This document shows positions 9,601 through 19,210 of a DNA stretch of 48,119 nucleotides, in pieces. The stretch spans positions 1 through 48,119 of the forward strand of contig CBFFRQ010000210.1 of assembly GCA_965644315.1 (NCBI GenBank), in the 5' to 3' direction. Both the position numbers and the translations under genes were made by a program. Origin of the DNA: Caecitellus pseudoparvulus. Lineage: Eukaryota > Protista > Bigyra: Bicosoecida. How positions within the stretch are numbered: position 1 is the stretch's first letter; the number at the start of each line of letters is the position of its first letter. The notes under the pieces were generated by a model, which did no database searches, had not been told where the DNA came from, and saw nothing but the letters and a program-made list of their open reading frames with translations.

Positions 9601-11769
9601 GCTACCTCCCCCTGCACCACATGTCGCCAGTGCCCCTTCAATGGCCTGGCGCCAGGTGTCGTCAAGGTGGGCGCCACAGCCGCTCAGATAGCGCTGGGAC
9701 TGGCCGTGTCCCTCTTCGCGGTGCACGGGTATGCTCGTGCTCCAGACCGTGTCGCAACGACCCTGTTCAGTGGCGGCCTGCGCCTGGCCATGTGGTACAT
9801 CGGCATGGCGGGGCAGGTGGCGCTGCTGGCTGCCGACACGCCAGGCACACTGCAGGCGACAGCCCACACCCTGGGCCACTGGGCCGACGTCTGTGGCATG
9901 GCCCAGCCCTGGCGAGCTGGCCAAGAGCAGACTCTGCCGCCCAACGGCACCATGTACGCACGCCAGCCTGAGCCAGCCCAAGGCGTGGATGTCCTGGGCA
10001 TCCTGGGCGCACTCACAGGGCGGGCTGGCATTGCGACAATGCCGAGTGCGGGGTGTCTCACAGGCGGAGGCGACAGCCGCAGCCCGCATGACATGGCCAA
10101 CATCATCATGGCCGTGTACGGCGCCGTGCTGCTGTGTGCCAGTGCCTCTGTGCTGTGGTGCGCTCGCCCTGCTCCTGGCAAGACCTGGGCCATCATCATG
10201 CTGCTCCTGGCGCCAGCGGCGTACATGCAGGTGGTGCCCAGTGTCATCCAGGGCCAGGCCCGCATCGTGGGGCTGCAGCCAGTGTGGCGTGGCATGTCCA
10301 GTCCGGATGATGTCGCTGGGCATGCGGCTGACGTGGGCGGCTACGCTGCCTCCCTGACGCTGCAGTGCTTGGCTGCCACGGTGGGTGTGCTGAGTGTGCT
10401 GGCGTGGCGGCAGTGGCGGAGGTCGGAACACTTGCTGCCCCGGGGGGCGTCCATCGCTGCCTACTGCACGATGGGGTACCGCATGCAGTACACACCACAG
10501 CAAGCAGTCCGCCTCGCTGACGCAACAGGTGCAGACAAGGCACTCAAAGCATCGGCTATCGCAGCAGCACGAGCCAGCGAGCGTGCCTGCTGCGGTGCCG
10601 GGCGCCTCCTGCCCACACACGCCTTCCCTGCCCTGCAGATGGCCCTTGTCGTCCTGGTGGCGGTCATGGGCAGCATGACGACATCCGTCGTGGCCCGCCT
10701 CGTGTGTGTGGGTGTGGGTGTGGCGGGCAGCATGGCCCTCGTGCAGCACCGTCGGCCGTGGGCGCTGGCTGAGCTGAGCGACCTGGACGTCCTGGCCCAT
10801 GGCGGCATCCTCGTGCAGGTGGTGTGTGTGGGCGTGGGCACAGTAGGCGGTGGACTGGCCACTGCCGCACCCATCATCTCCGGCGTCGGGCATGTGCTTG
10901 TGCTGCTGTGGCTGGCCATGGCTGTCGCTCGAGGATACAGTGGCCGAGCCCGAGCACTGCTGGCACGTATGGGTCGGCGCCTGCGAGCACTGCTGCCTGA
11001 GCTGGGGCCAGCCAGTGCAAGAAGTGGTAGCAGTGGTCAGCTGGGCGATGTGGCTGACAGCCAAGTGCCGGGCGTGGGCAGCATTGTGTGGGCGTTGGTG
11101 CAGCGGTGTGTGCGGCGAGGTGAGGTGCGGCCGGCAGCGTCTCGTCCAGCGACGGATGTGCTGAGTGTGCTGGGCATGGTGCAGGAGCAGGGACTGACCG
11201 TGGAGACTGGCATGGCGGGTGTGGTGGGTGACTCGGGGTCAACTCTGGTGGCCGTACAATCTGGAAGCGGTGTCAAACAACCCGCCTCTGGGAGTGACCT
11301 GGTAGGTCAGGCTGAGGCCTCAAGAAATCCGCTTGAAGGGTTCAGCACTGGAGCCCCCAACCACACAGTGCACGGAGCCAATCCGATGCTGCAGACGACT
11401 GGACGTGGCCGGCAACCCCTGCGCGTCGCGAGGCCATCTCTTGGCTCTGCGCCTCCAAACCGTGCACGTGACTTGCTAGCTGTCCAGCCACAAAGTGGCG
11501 GGCCGGGTAGTGTGCGACAGAACCTGCCTGCAGAGCTCTCGGGGCCCGGTGCAGCCCAGCGACGCCCAAGTGTAGCGCAGGCGCTGCTGTCTCAAGAGCT
11601 TAGTCCCGGACAGAGTGTAGGAGAGCAATCCGAGCACGGCGCGCCGGCAACTGCTGGCCAGGCGGGGCGGCGCATGTCGGGTGTTCGCAACGTGGACGGC
11701 CGTGGCCGCCTGTCGTACGCAGGGGCCGCCCGCAGGCGGAGCTCGGTGCATGAGGTTCCGAAGCCATGA
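6361..11769 (+). CDS. LRR-ectodomain multi-pass membrane receptor-like protein, copy 2
   Basis: First ATG at 6361 (MANPRKCVETC), paralogous to the ATG at 13026. Hydrophobic signal-like segment GWGGLLWLTCVVSLWAG, about 28 LRRs, C-terminal half almost identical to copy 1. Confidence 0.9.
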   Translation: MANPRKCVETCPGLVGCLRTTCSWRQGNRSSTDEGTAHRLPLGHGTKAPASRSVRIGSRAGWGGLLWLTCVVSLWAGVMGGVPACCEVEGSTLVSCNACGGTSLNISHSYFSSINASAFDDLASLTSLSLYKCSFWNGLPLGVFDALSGLTYLDLHGTYVPSSLLSDWFSSLPNLMYLDLSYSGLRSLPDGLFDGLASLTHLTMKGGRTWSRGGLTSLQPGVFSSLNNLTHLDLSHNTGLTSLPIGIFDNLTSLVTLDLGYNEDLNNLPAGVFDSLTSLTSLNLTRSTALTSLLPGVFDSLINLRTLHLSYSPALASLPSDVFDSLARLTHLAMGRSYYLTSLPPGVFQNLTSLRSLDLSSNYALTSLPEGVFDSLTNLTSLDLSNNAALSTLSEGTFRNLISLKTLDLSEARTLVALPPGLFDNLTSLTSLSLQGYRYWTSGGLTSLAPGVFNRLASLSSLDLSNNRDLTSLPVGIFDRLTSLTTLDLSHNYALASLPEGVFDSLTSLTTLDLSYDSRLTSIPSGAFSRLASLTKLDLRSCSFLSSLPTGSFDSLSSLTTLDLSDNSALASLPPNVFVGLVSLTTLKLRNNFNLETLSSGIFDGLSSLLHLDLSRSNDLLRLPPDVFSSLTSLTSLDLSFSRNLSSLPPGIFGNLSSLTTLDLSNSDALSSVPPGVFRGLTSLTTLDLSKNRALSNLSFGVFSGLASLSSLFLSGHEYWTRGGLMSLSSGIFDGLLSLTTLDLSNNRYLTSLPGGAFYDLTSLIRLDLSRTSQLARVQPGIFDRLSSLRQLGLSTMYALQSLPVGVFDSLTSLAHLDVSGSTFARYCPPPSSSAINCSMQDGPLQYNPRMCLCSGCPTAPPLANTTLNCDEPNSCSVGTGDDSFILQEGASVHCSGSDSCRNASMFCIHPSTPSPCNVSCTGEGSCVGIGLYGVWNCTAGDCPPAIDVVCAPSQFLESTPTPSPSNSPSPSTSPSSSPMMTSYSGASSSPSPSPTPQPSPPRSAWALALSSHNSSSHLRIAPPFSAQLACAEHCSSPQALILPCPRPGSCLPHSDVRLLTACQPGHRGLACQACADGWAATSPCTTCRQCPFNGLAPGVVKVGATAAQIALGLAVSLFAVHGYARAPDRVATTLFSGGLRLAMWYIGMAGQVALLAADTPGTLQATAHTLGHWADVCGMAQPWRAGQEQTLPPNGTMYARQPEPAQGVDVLGILGALTGRAGIATMPSAGCLTGGGDSRSPHDMANIIMAVYGAVLLCASASVLWCARPAPGKTWAIIMLLLAPAAYMQVVPSVIQGQARIVGLQPVWRGMSSPDDVAGHAADVGGYAASLTLQCLAATVGVLSVLAWRQWRRSEHLLPRGASIAAYCTMGYRMQYTPQQAVRLADATGADKALKASAIAAARASERACCGAGRLLPTHAFPALQMALVVLVAVMGSMTTSVVARLVCVGVGVAGSMALVQHRRPWALAELSDLDVLAHGGILVQVVCVGVGTVGGGLATAAPIISGVGHVLVLLWLAMAVARGYSGRARALLARMGRRLRALLPELGPASARSGSSGQLGDVADSQVPGVGSIVWALVQRCVRRGEVRPAASRPATDVLSVLGMVQEQGLTVETGMAGVVGDSGSTLVAVQSGSGVKQPASGSDLVGQAEASRNPLEGFSTGAPNHTVHGANPMLQTTGRGRQPLRVARPSLGSAPPNRARDLLAVQPQSGGPGSVRQNLPAELSGPGAAQRRPSVAQALLSQELSPGQSVGEQSEHGAPATAGQAGRRMSGVRNVDGRGRLSYAGAARRRSSVHEVPKP

Positions 11770-13260
11770 AGGAACGCAGCGAAGTCGTACCTGATTTATA
11801 GGACAAGCTGCATTCAAAGTTAGAACTTCTGCATTTGCTGGAGGGTGTGTACTTGGCAAAGGCTGTGCATTTCTCTTTGCCATTTCTTGCGCCAAGCTGT
11901 TGCAGCTGCTTGCATAGATCACACCTACCTTGATAAGAAAGCCTCCGCCCCCCTACCATGTACGGACTGCCCTCGCCTGCGCACTTCAAGGGCCCAGCTG
12001 TTGCTATCATCGAGGCCCAACATGCATGCTCTCTGTGTTGTGCATCCACTGGCAAGCCGCCTGCATTGAAGGCAAGCAAGGAAGGATGCAGAAAGTACGG
12101 TGGAAACGAGCACCGAAATCAGGCTCCAACGAAGCAAATTACACGAACCAACACACTCCATGAGCTCGAAGGGCTCGCCACAACCGGTGAGCCTTAGGGC
12201 ATATCATACCCGTAGCGGACCTTGAGTCTGAACAGGACTGCTCGTGTGACTCACAGCCAAACGCAGCATTGCGGCAACAACCGCAGCGCACCGCAATCCA
12301 AGAGCGTGCCGCGTCTCCAAGATGGCATCATTAGGTGGCACAGCGAGCTGCAAGTGCTATGAAGTGTTTGGAAGCCCCATGCTGTGTGGGCGCGCCGAAC
12401 GGGATGCACGTCAAGATGGCCAAGCTTGATCCAGGCTAAGGATGAATCCACACTGACTGCGCGAGCACGCAGCACTGATCAAGGCCATCATCACTTGTAG
12501 CAGACCCCCATGCAGATATGAAGTGCACAAGGCAAGCAGGTACGTCTTGCTGCCTTGACCAGGCGAGCCGGCGGTTGGCAAGGAGAAGAGTGGCAAGCGT
12601 TTCGCGCGAAACGCGAGCCCAAGTCTCATGCCTCAAGCTCTGAGCCACTGCCACGTAACAGACAAAACGTACACATGGCGTACACTGACTCCATTGAGAG
12701 TCGTCAAAACTAACCTTTCTTGCTTGCTGCATTCCACATGACCAGGCTTGCAGTCAGGCAACAGAGGTGTGCCAGCTTGCAACAAGCGGCACTCCCGCTT
12801 GACAGACACACCAGGCCTCTGTCACGCAGCCTTCAAGCTCGAAACCGGATTCAAGGAAACAATCGTAGGAAACGATTGAAGCAGACCGACGATTTCTTGT
12901 GCTGCTGCGCCCTGTCGTCCTTGGGTGGGCGTGAAACACCGCGCTTCGCTCAGGCGCAAGTACAGCCTGCAGAGCTCGCCCACACACACTAGCCCAGAGC
13001 GCGGGACCTCTGCACTGTGGCGAGAATGGCGATCACACAAAAGTGTGTGGAAACGTGCACAGGTCTTGTGGGGTGCCTGCGTACCACCTGCAGCTGGAGG
13101 CAGGGGAATCGGTCGAGTGCGGATAGAGGCATCTCACACAGACTTCCCTTGACACATGGTATACAGGCATCAGTGTGGAGGAGCGTCAGGATCGGGGCAA
13201 GGGCTGGGTGGGGGGGGCTGCTCTGGTTGACTTGCGTGGTGGGCCTGTGGGCCGCAGCAA
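9365..13260 (+). repeat. Segmental tandem duplication: constant part of the repeat unit, second instance
   Basis: Near-identical to about 2700-6600. Its coding part also matches about 15230-17615 of copy 3 at lower identity. Confidence 0.92.
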
Positions 13261-16200
13261 TCGGGGACGTGCCATTATGCTGCGTGGTGGAGGGTGACAC
13301 TCTGATGAGCTGTAGCGGATGTGGGGGAACAAGCCTGAACATTTCGGGAAACAGCTTCAAGAACATAAGTGCCAATGCTTTTGATAACTTTGCAAGTCTC
13401 ACGAGCCTGGACCTTGGCCACAACTTTGGCCTGACCAGCCTGCCGTCGGGAGTGTTTGATCACCTGCACAACCTGAGCACCCTTTCTATAGCGGGACACA
13501 AGCAGTGGGTCGGAGGTGGGTTGCAGACCCTGCTGCCAACTACCTTCAACAACCTTACCAGCCTCACGTACCTAGATCTGAGTGGTAACGGCGCCCTGGC
13601 CAACTTGCCGCAAGGCTTGTTTGCTCACCTTTGCAACCTCACACACCTGGACCTGAGCGGCACGGGTCTGTCCGGCTTCCCTCCAGATATGTTCAGCAGC
13701 CTTACAAGCCTTACGAAGTTGTTCTTGGGTGGCAACAATGCTCTATCGAGCCTGCCCCCGGGGGTGTTTGACAGCTTGACCAACCTCGCAGTCCTTGGCC
13801 TGGGTCACACCAGCTTGGCAAGCCTGCCATCACATATATTTGATAACCTCTCCAGCCTCAAAAGGTTGAGTCTAGCCTATAATGGCCTGACGAACCTGCC
13901 ATCGGGGGTGTTTCGTAACCTCAGGAGCCTTGCAGACCTGGACCTGAGATCCAACGACCTGACCAGCCTTCCGCCTGGCGTGTTTGGCAGCCTCACCAGC
14001 CTTTCACACTTGGATCTTAGCTTCAACTTTGCCTTGGCCAGCCTGCCAGCGGGCGTGTTTGGCAACACCACCAGCCTCACATACTTGAGCCTGAGGCGCG
14101 CCGACGTCAGTAGTCTGTCTCCCGGCGTGTTTGATAGCCTGACAAACCTCACTCACCTGGATCTGAGCTATAATTATGGCCTGGCAAGCCTGCCTGTAGG
14201 CGTGTTCGACAACCTCTCTAGCCTCGCATACCTGGACCTCAGTTATGGTAGTGCCTTGAGTAGCTTGCCTGTGGGAGTGTTTCACAGCCTCACAAGCCTC
14301 ACGTCCCTGCACTTGAACTACAACGATGCCTTGGCCAGCCTTTCTGTGGACGTGTTTGACAGCCTCACCAGCCTGACCACCTTGAACGTCTACGGGTCTG
14401 CATTTTCAAGCCGGTGCCCCCCACCATCTCCATCTGCCATAAACTGCTCCATGCAGGACGGACCGCTCCAGCACAGTCCTAAACTGTGCTTGTGCAGTGG
14501 CTGTCCCACAGCACCCCCACTCTCAATCACGTCACTCAGCTGTACTGAACCACGAAGCTGCTCAGTCGGAAATGGTGTTCACTCGGTCGCCCTGGAAGCG
14601 GGTGCTTCCGTGCATTGTTCGGGGAGTGACTCCTGCAGAAACGCCAGCATGTTCTGCACATCCCTTTCAATCCCGAGACCTTGTAACGTTTCGTGCACTG
14701 GAGAGAACTCCTGTGTGAACATGGCGCTGTATGGTGTGTGGAACTGCACAGCGGGCGCTTGTCCAGCTGCTGTCGATGTGGTGTGTGCTCCAAGCCAAAA
14801 CGTGCTGGAGAGCTCACCCACACCGAGCCCTTCCAACTCCCCCTCACCATCTACATCCCCCAGCAGTTTTCCGTCAATCACAAGCAGCAGCAGCGCCAGC
14901 GTGACAGGTACGGCATCCAGAACGCCCAGATCCACCACCACTGACCCACCAACGTCAACGGGCACTCCGTCGGTGACATCCAGTGGTCGCAGCATTGGTT
15001 CCAGGAGTACAACTCCCACCACCACTGTCACACCGACTCCATCAAGCTCGCCATCTTCAACCTCCAGCAGCACAAGCACAATTAGCCCGACTGTCAGTCC
15101 AACGCAAACTGTCACACCAACCAGCACAACCACCAGCACCCCCACAGCTGTTTCGCCCCACTCGAGCACTTCCATGCCCAATCCCTCAACATTCCCAAGC
15201 CCATCCTCCACACCCAAACCGTCCTTGCCCCGCTCAGCTTGGGCACTCACCCCCTCCTCACACAACTCCTCATCCCACCTTCGCGTTGCTCCCCATCTCT
15301 CAGCACAGCTCGCGTGTGCCAAGCACTGCTCCTCCCCACAAGCCCTCATCCTACCCTGCCCTCGACCAGGCTCATGCCTTCCCCACTCCGACGTGCGCCT
15401 CCTCACAAGCTGCCAGCCTGGACACCGCGGCCTCGCATGCCAAGCCTGTGACGACGGCTGGGCTGCTACCTCACCCTGCACCACATGTCGCCAGTGCCCC
15501 TTCAATGGCATGGCGCCAGGTGTCATCAAGGCAGGCACCACAGCCGCACAGATGGTGCTAGGGCTACTCACGTCCCTCTTTGCAGTGCACGGCTATGCAC
15601 GTGCTCCAGACCGTGTCGCGACAACCCTGTTCAGTGGCGGCCTGCGCCTGGCCATGTGGTACATCGGCATGGCGGGGCAGGTGGCACTATTGGCTGCCGA
15701 CACGCCAGGCACACTGCAGGCGACAGCTCACACGCTGGGCCACTGGACCGATGTATGTGGCATGGTCCAGCCCTGGCGAGCAGGCCAAGGCCAGGTCCTG
15801 CCGCCCAACGGCACCATGTACGCCAGCCAGCCTGAGCCAGCCCAAGGCGTCGATGTGCTGGGCATCCTAGGCGCACTCACAGGGCGGGCTGGCGTCGCGA
15901 CAATGCCAAGTGCCGGGTGTCTCACGGGCGGAGGCGACAGCCGCAGCCCGCATGACATGGCCAACATCATCATGGCCTTGTACGGCGCTGTTCTGTTGTG
16001 TGTCAGTGCCGCCGTGCTCTGGTGTTCTAGCCCTCCACCTGGCAAGACCTGGACCACCATCCTGCTGCTCCTGGCGCCAGCGGCGTACATGCAGGTGGTG
16101 CCCAGTGTCATCCAGGGCCAGGCCCGTGTCGTGGGGCTGCAACCAGTGTGGCGTGGCATGTCCAGTCCAGACGATGTCGCTGGGCATGCGGCTGACGTGG

Positions 16201-17633
16201 GCGGGTACGCTGCCTCCCTGACACTGCAGTGCTTGGCTGCCACGGTGGGTGTGCTGAGTGTGCTGGCGTGGCGGCAGTGGCGCAGGTCGGAACAGCTGCT
16301 GCCGCGGGGGGCGTCCATTCCTGCCTACTGCACGATGGGGTACCGCATGCAGTACACGCCACAACAAGCAGTGCGCCTCGCTGATGCAACAGGAGCAGAC
16401 AAGGCACTCAAAGCAGCGGCTGTCGCAGCAGCACGCGCCAGTGAGCGTGCTTGCTGCGGTGCTGGGCGACTCCTGCCCACACACGCCTTCCCTGCCCTGC
16501 AAATGGCCCTCGTCGTGCTGGTGGCGGTCATGGGCAGCATGACGACATCCATCGTGGCTCGCCTGGTGTGTGTGGGTGTGGGTGTGGCAGGCAGCATGGC
16601 CCTCGTGCAGCACCGTCGGCCGTGGGCGCTGGCTGAGCTGAGCGACCTGGATGTCCTGGCCCATGGGGGCATCCTCGTGCAGGTGGTGTGTGTGGGCGTG
16701 GGCACGGTGGGTGGTGGACTGGCCACTGCTGCATCCATCATCTCCGGCATCGGGCACGTGCTTGTGCTGCTGTGGCTAGCTCTGACTGTCGCCCGGGGGT
16801 ACAGTGGCCGCGCACGAGAAGTGATGGCACGTGTAGGCCGGCGTCTGCGAGCACTGCTGCCTGAGCTGGGGCCAGCCAGTGCAGGAAGTGGCAGCAGTGG
16901 TCAGCTGGGCGATGTGGCTGACAGCCAAGTGCCGGGTGTGGGCAGCATTGTGTGGGCGTTGGTGCAGCGGTGTGTGCGGCGAGGCGAGGTGCGGCCGGGA
17001 GCGTCTCGCCCAGCGTCAGATGTGTTGAGTGTGCTGGGCATGGTGCAGGAGCAGGGACTGAGCGTGGAGACTGGCATGGCGGATGTGGTGGGCGACTCTG
17101 CTTCAACCCTGATGACCATGCCGTCTGCACGTGACATGCACCGATCCGCCTCAGCAGAGCGAGATGGTGGCCAGCTGAAGTCTTCAAGAAATCCGCTTGA
17201 AAGTTTCAGCACTGGAGCATCTAACCGCACAGTGCACGGAGCAAACCCAATGCTGCAGGCGACTGGACGTGGCCGGCAACCCCTGCGCGTCGCGAGGCCA
17301 GCTCTTGGCTCTGCGCCTCCAACTGTACGTGACTTGCCACCTGTTCAGCCACAGAGTGGCGATACACTGAACGGTGAGCAGACGGCCTCAACTCCAATCG
17401 CCCCAGTAGACGTCATCGCCCAACGGCGGGCGAGTGTAGCGCAGGCGCTGCTGTCTCAAGAACTTAGTCCCGGACAGAGTGTAGGAGAGCAATCCGAACA
17501 CGGCGCGCCAGAATCTGCTGGCCAGGCGGGGCGGCGCATGTCAGGTGTTCGCAACGTGGACGGCCGTGGCCGCCTGTCGTTCGCAGGGGCCGCCCGCAGG
17601 CGGAGCTCGGTGCATCGGACCTCACGTCCTTGA
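13026..17633 (+). CDS. LRR-ectodomain multi-pass membrane receptor-like protein, copy 3 (14 LRRs, long S/T stalk)
   Basis: ATG at 13026 (MAITQKCVETC). Same architecture, about 14 LRRs, about 140 aa Ser/Thr/Pro mucin-like stalk, TM region more diverged from copies 1 and 2. Confidence 0.9.
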   Translation: MAITQKCVETCTGLVGCLRTTCSWRQGNRSSADRGISHRLPLTHGIQASVWRSVRIGARAGWGGLLWLTCVVGLWAAAIGDVPLCCVVEGDTLMSCSGCGGTSLNISGNSFKNISANAFDNFASLTSLDLGHNFGLTSLPSGVFDHLHNLSTLSIAGHKQWVGGGLQTLLPTTFNNLTSLTYLDLSGNGALANLPQGLFAHLCNLTHLDLSGTGLSGFPPDMFSSLTSLTKLFLGGNNALSSLPPGVFDSLTNLAVLGLGHTSLASLPSHIFDNLSSLKRLSLAYNGLTNLPSGVFRNLRSLADLDLRSNDLTSLPPGVFGSLTSLSHLDLSFNFALASLPAGVFGNTTSLTYLSLRRADVSSLSPGVFDSLTNLTHLDLSYNYGLASLPVGVFDNLSSLAYLDLSYGSALSSLPVGVFHSLTSLTSLHLNYNDALASLSVDVFDSLTSLTTLNVYGSAFSSRCPPPSPSAINCSMQDGPLQHSPKLCLCSGCPTAPPLSITSLSCTEPRSCSVGNGVHSVALEAGASVHCSGSDSCRNASMFCTSLSIPRPCNVSCTGENSCVNMALYGVWNCTAGACPAAVDVVCAPSQNVLESSPTPSPSNSPSPSTSPSSFPSITSSSSASVTGTASRTPRSTTTDPPTSTGTPSVTSSGRSIGSRSTTPTTTVTPTPSSSPSSTSSSTSTISPTVSPTQTVTPTSTTTSTPTAVSPHSSTSMPNPSTFPSPSSTPKPSLPRSAWALTPSSHNSSSHLRVAPHLSAQLACAKHCSSPQALILPCPRPGSCLPHSDVRLLTSCQPGHRGLACQACDDGWAATSPCTTCRQCPFNGMAPGVIKAGTTAAQMVLGLLTSLFAVHGYARAPDRVATTLFSGGLRLAMWYIGMAGQVALLAADTPGTLQATAHTLGHWTDVCGMVQPWRAGQGQVLPPNGTMYASQPEPAQGVDVLGILGALTGRAGVATMPSAGCLTGGGDSRSPHDMANIIMALYGAVLLCVSAAVLWCSSPPPGKTWTTILLLLAPAAYMQVVPSVIQGQARVVGLQPVWRGMSSPDDVAGHAADVGGYAASLTLQCLAATVGVLSVLAWRQWRRSEQLLPRGASIPAYCTMGYRMQYTPQQAVRLADATGADKALKAAAVAAARASERACCGAGRLLPTHAFPALQMALVVLVAVMGSMTTSIVARLVCVGVGVAGSMALVQHRRPWALAELSDLDVLAHGGILVQVVCVGVGTVGGGLATAASIISGIGHVLVLLWLALTVARGYSGRAREVMARVGRRLRALLPELGPASAGSGSSGQLGDVADSQVPGVGSIVWALVQRCVRRGEVRPGASRPASDVLSVLGMVQEQGLSVETGMADVVGDSASTLMTMPSARDMHRSASAERDGGQLKSSRNPLESFSTGASNRTVHGANPMLQATGRGRQPLRVARPALGSAPPTVRDLPPVQPQSGDTLNGEQTASTPIAPVDVIAQRRASVAQALLSQELSPGQSVGEQSEHGAPESAGQAGRRMSGVRNVDGRGRLSFAGAARRRSSVHRTSRP

Positions 17634-17955
17634 GGGAAAGCAGAAGTGCAACCTCTGGCTGTCAATACATACCTCATGTTCCCCCCACAGTCCGTCTCAT
17701 GTGTCAACGAACCATCACCCGCTTCCTCTGCCATTCAACAAATCCACACTCCCAATCTCAAGTCCGGCACACCACTATCGCCTAAACAATATCCAGTTTT
17801 CTACACTGCTTCCCGGCCTCGCTTTGCTTTTCGTTCCAAGCGCCAACACGGCTCGAGCTCCAGCCAGGTCCATGCACAATTTCGACAAGCTTGCACTCCA
17901 AGTGTTGCGCTGCAAGGCACGCCCGCATGGCAGGAGGCAGCACGCTTGAAGCATC

Positions 17956-19133
17956 ATGAAGTTCCGTGCCACATTTTCGCGGGAAGCGTTTGGGCAGTTT
18001 TCCAGTGTGTGCGACGCCCCCTCGCTCAAACTCCTGCAGCTGCGCCGCAACGTTTCACCGCGAAACGCCCAGGTACGCTGTACAACTTCTCCAAGATGGG
18101 GCGCAGTTTGGTGGTCAAGGTGGACCCGGTGAAGATGAGCATTTTTCCAGAGGTGGAGGAGCAGACCCTGGATGCGTTTGCGACGCTGTCCCTCGTGCGT
18201 CCACTCTGCAGTCCTGGCACGGTGCTGAGCACTTGCGCGGACTCACGCCGCCACGCCCTCTGCAGGCCTCCCTGTGCATGGATGCCATTGTGAAGAGCAG
18301 GAACCACAACGTCATTGCCTTTGAGCTGCGGAGCACCATCCTGGCGTCTGCCTTCAAGTCCAGCCTGCCCAACATGGGGGGGCTGGTGGACGTGCGCCTG
18401 GCCAAGGATGAGGGGGGGCACGCCTGTCTTCTCATCCACTGCCACGCATCAGACGGCAGCCTGACGCTGTCCCGGCGCCTGCCGCTCTCAGTCAAGCTGG
18501 CCAGCGAAGCCAATGCCTTCCAGGAGCCGTACATCTCACCGCCTGCGGTAAGCCCACTTGCGCGCCCCCATGCACGCCCCAGGCCCCCCCCCCCCACTTG
18601 GCGAGCCGCTGTCTTCACAGGTGACACTGCAAGCCCCCCCTCTGGACAAGTTCACGCCCGTCGTGGACCGCCTGCGGAATTTGTGCAAGGGGGCGGGCGC
18701 TGCCGCTGCGCACTGCCCGCTGCAGCTGGAGATGGACGGCCGGGGGTTCATGTCCACAGACGTGCGATCTGACATCGTGTTGGCCAAGACCTACTTCCGC
18801 AACCTGAAGTCCAGCGGAGTGCCGGACAGCAGTGGTGCCAGTGGCAGCGGCGCGGCCAGCGCCACCCCCTCCCCCACAGGCGCCGTGTCAGTGGACGCTC
18901 GGGTGCTGTCTCGAGCACTGCATGCTCTGAGCATGGACTTGCGGCGGGTAATTGTGGGCATTTGCCCGGCAACTGCGCTGGTGCTGCACGCCGAGCTCGC
19001 CGACAGCGCTGGCAGTGTCACGTTGCTGCTCTCGTGCGTTTCATCTGGGGACGAGGACATGCCTCGTGGGGGGGCGGCGGGTGGGCCCACCCCCCTCACC
19101 CTGGAGGCCCCCGTGACCACCAGCTGTCCATGA
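17956..19133 (+). CDS. HUS1: Checkpoint clamp (9-1-1) subunit HUS1, spliced (3 introns)
   Basis: Starts MKFRATF. Exons join via introns at about 18005-18072, 18195-18265 and 18548-18620 to give ...IVKSRNHNVIAFEL...VRLAK...QEPYISPPA/VTLQAPPLDKFTPVVDRLRNL...VRSDIVLAKTYFRNL...VSVDARVLSRAL, which are Hus1-family motifs. Confidence 0.82.
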
Positions 19134-19210
19134 GACTGTGCTGTGGCTGACGCGTGCGCCGTGCGCGAGTCAGCAAGCATTGGGTGCTGCTGCGTTGCGA
19201 GGTTGTGCAT

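Noticed and set aside
84-14400. CRISPR-like or DGR-like interpretation of the periodic 72-75 bp repeats
   Set aside because: The repeats are in-frame LRR codons in a eukaryotic gene. No cas genes, reverse transcriptase or template/variable repeat pair with adenine-specific changes was seen.
119-17230. Many antisense and alternative-frame ORFs over the LRR genes (for example 2844-4616 and 9508-11064 minus)
   Set aside because: Shadow ORFs caused by GC-rich codon bias and repeats. They recur only because the DNA is duplicated and have no protein-like features.
1-17633. VLR-style somatic assembly from germline LRR cassettes
   Set aside because: No free-standing LRR cassettes, incomplete germline gene or deaminase/recombinase is visible in the window, and all copies are intact ORFs. 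Only architectural similarity is claimed.
3-17633. Retrogene or horizontal origin of the LRR genes because they lack introns
   Set aside because: Several ordinary neighbours (TTLL, CFAP210-like, STELLO-like) are also intronless, and no poly(A) tail or target-site duplication was seen.
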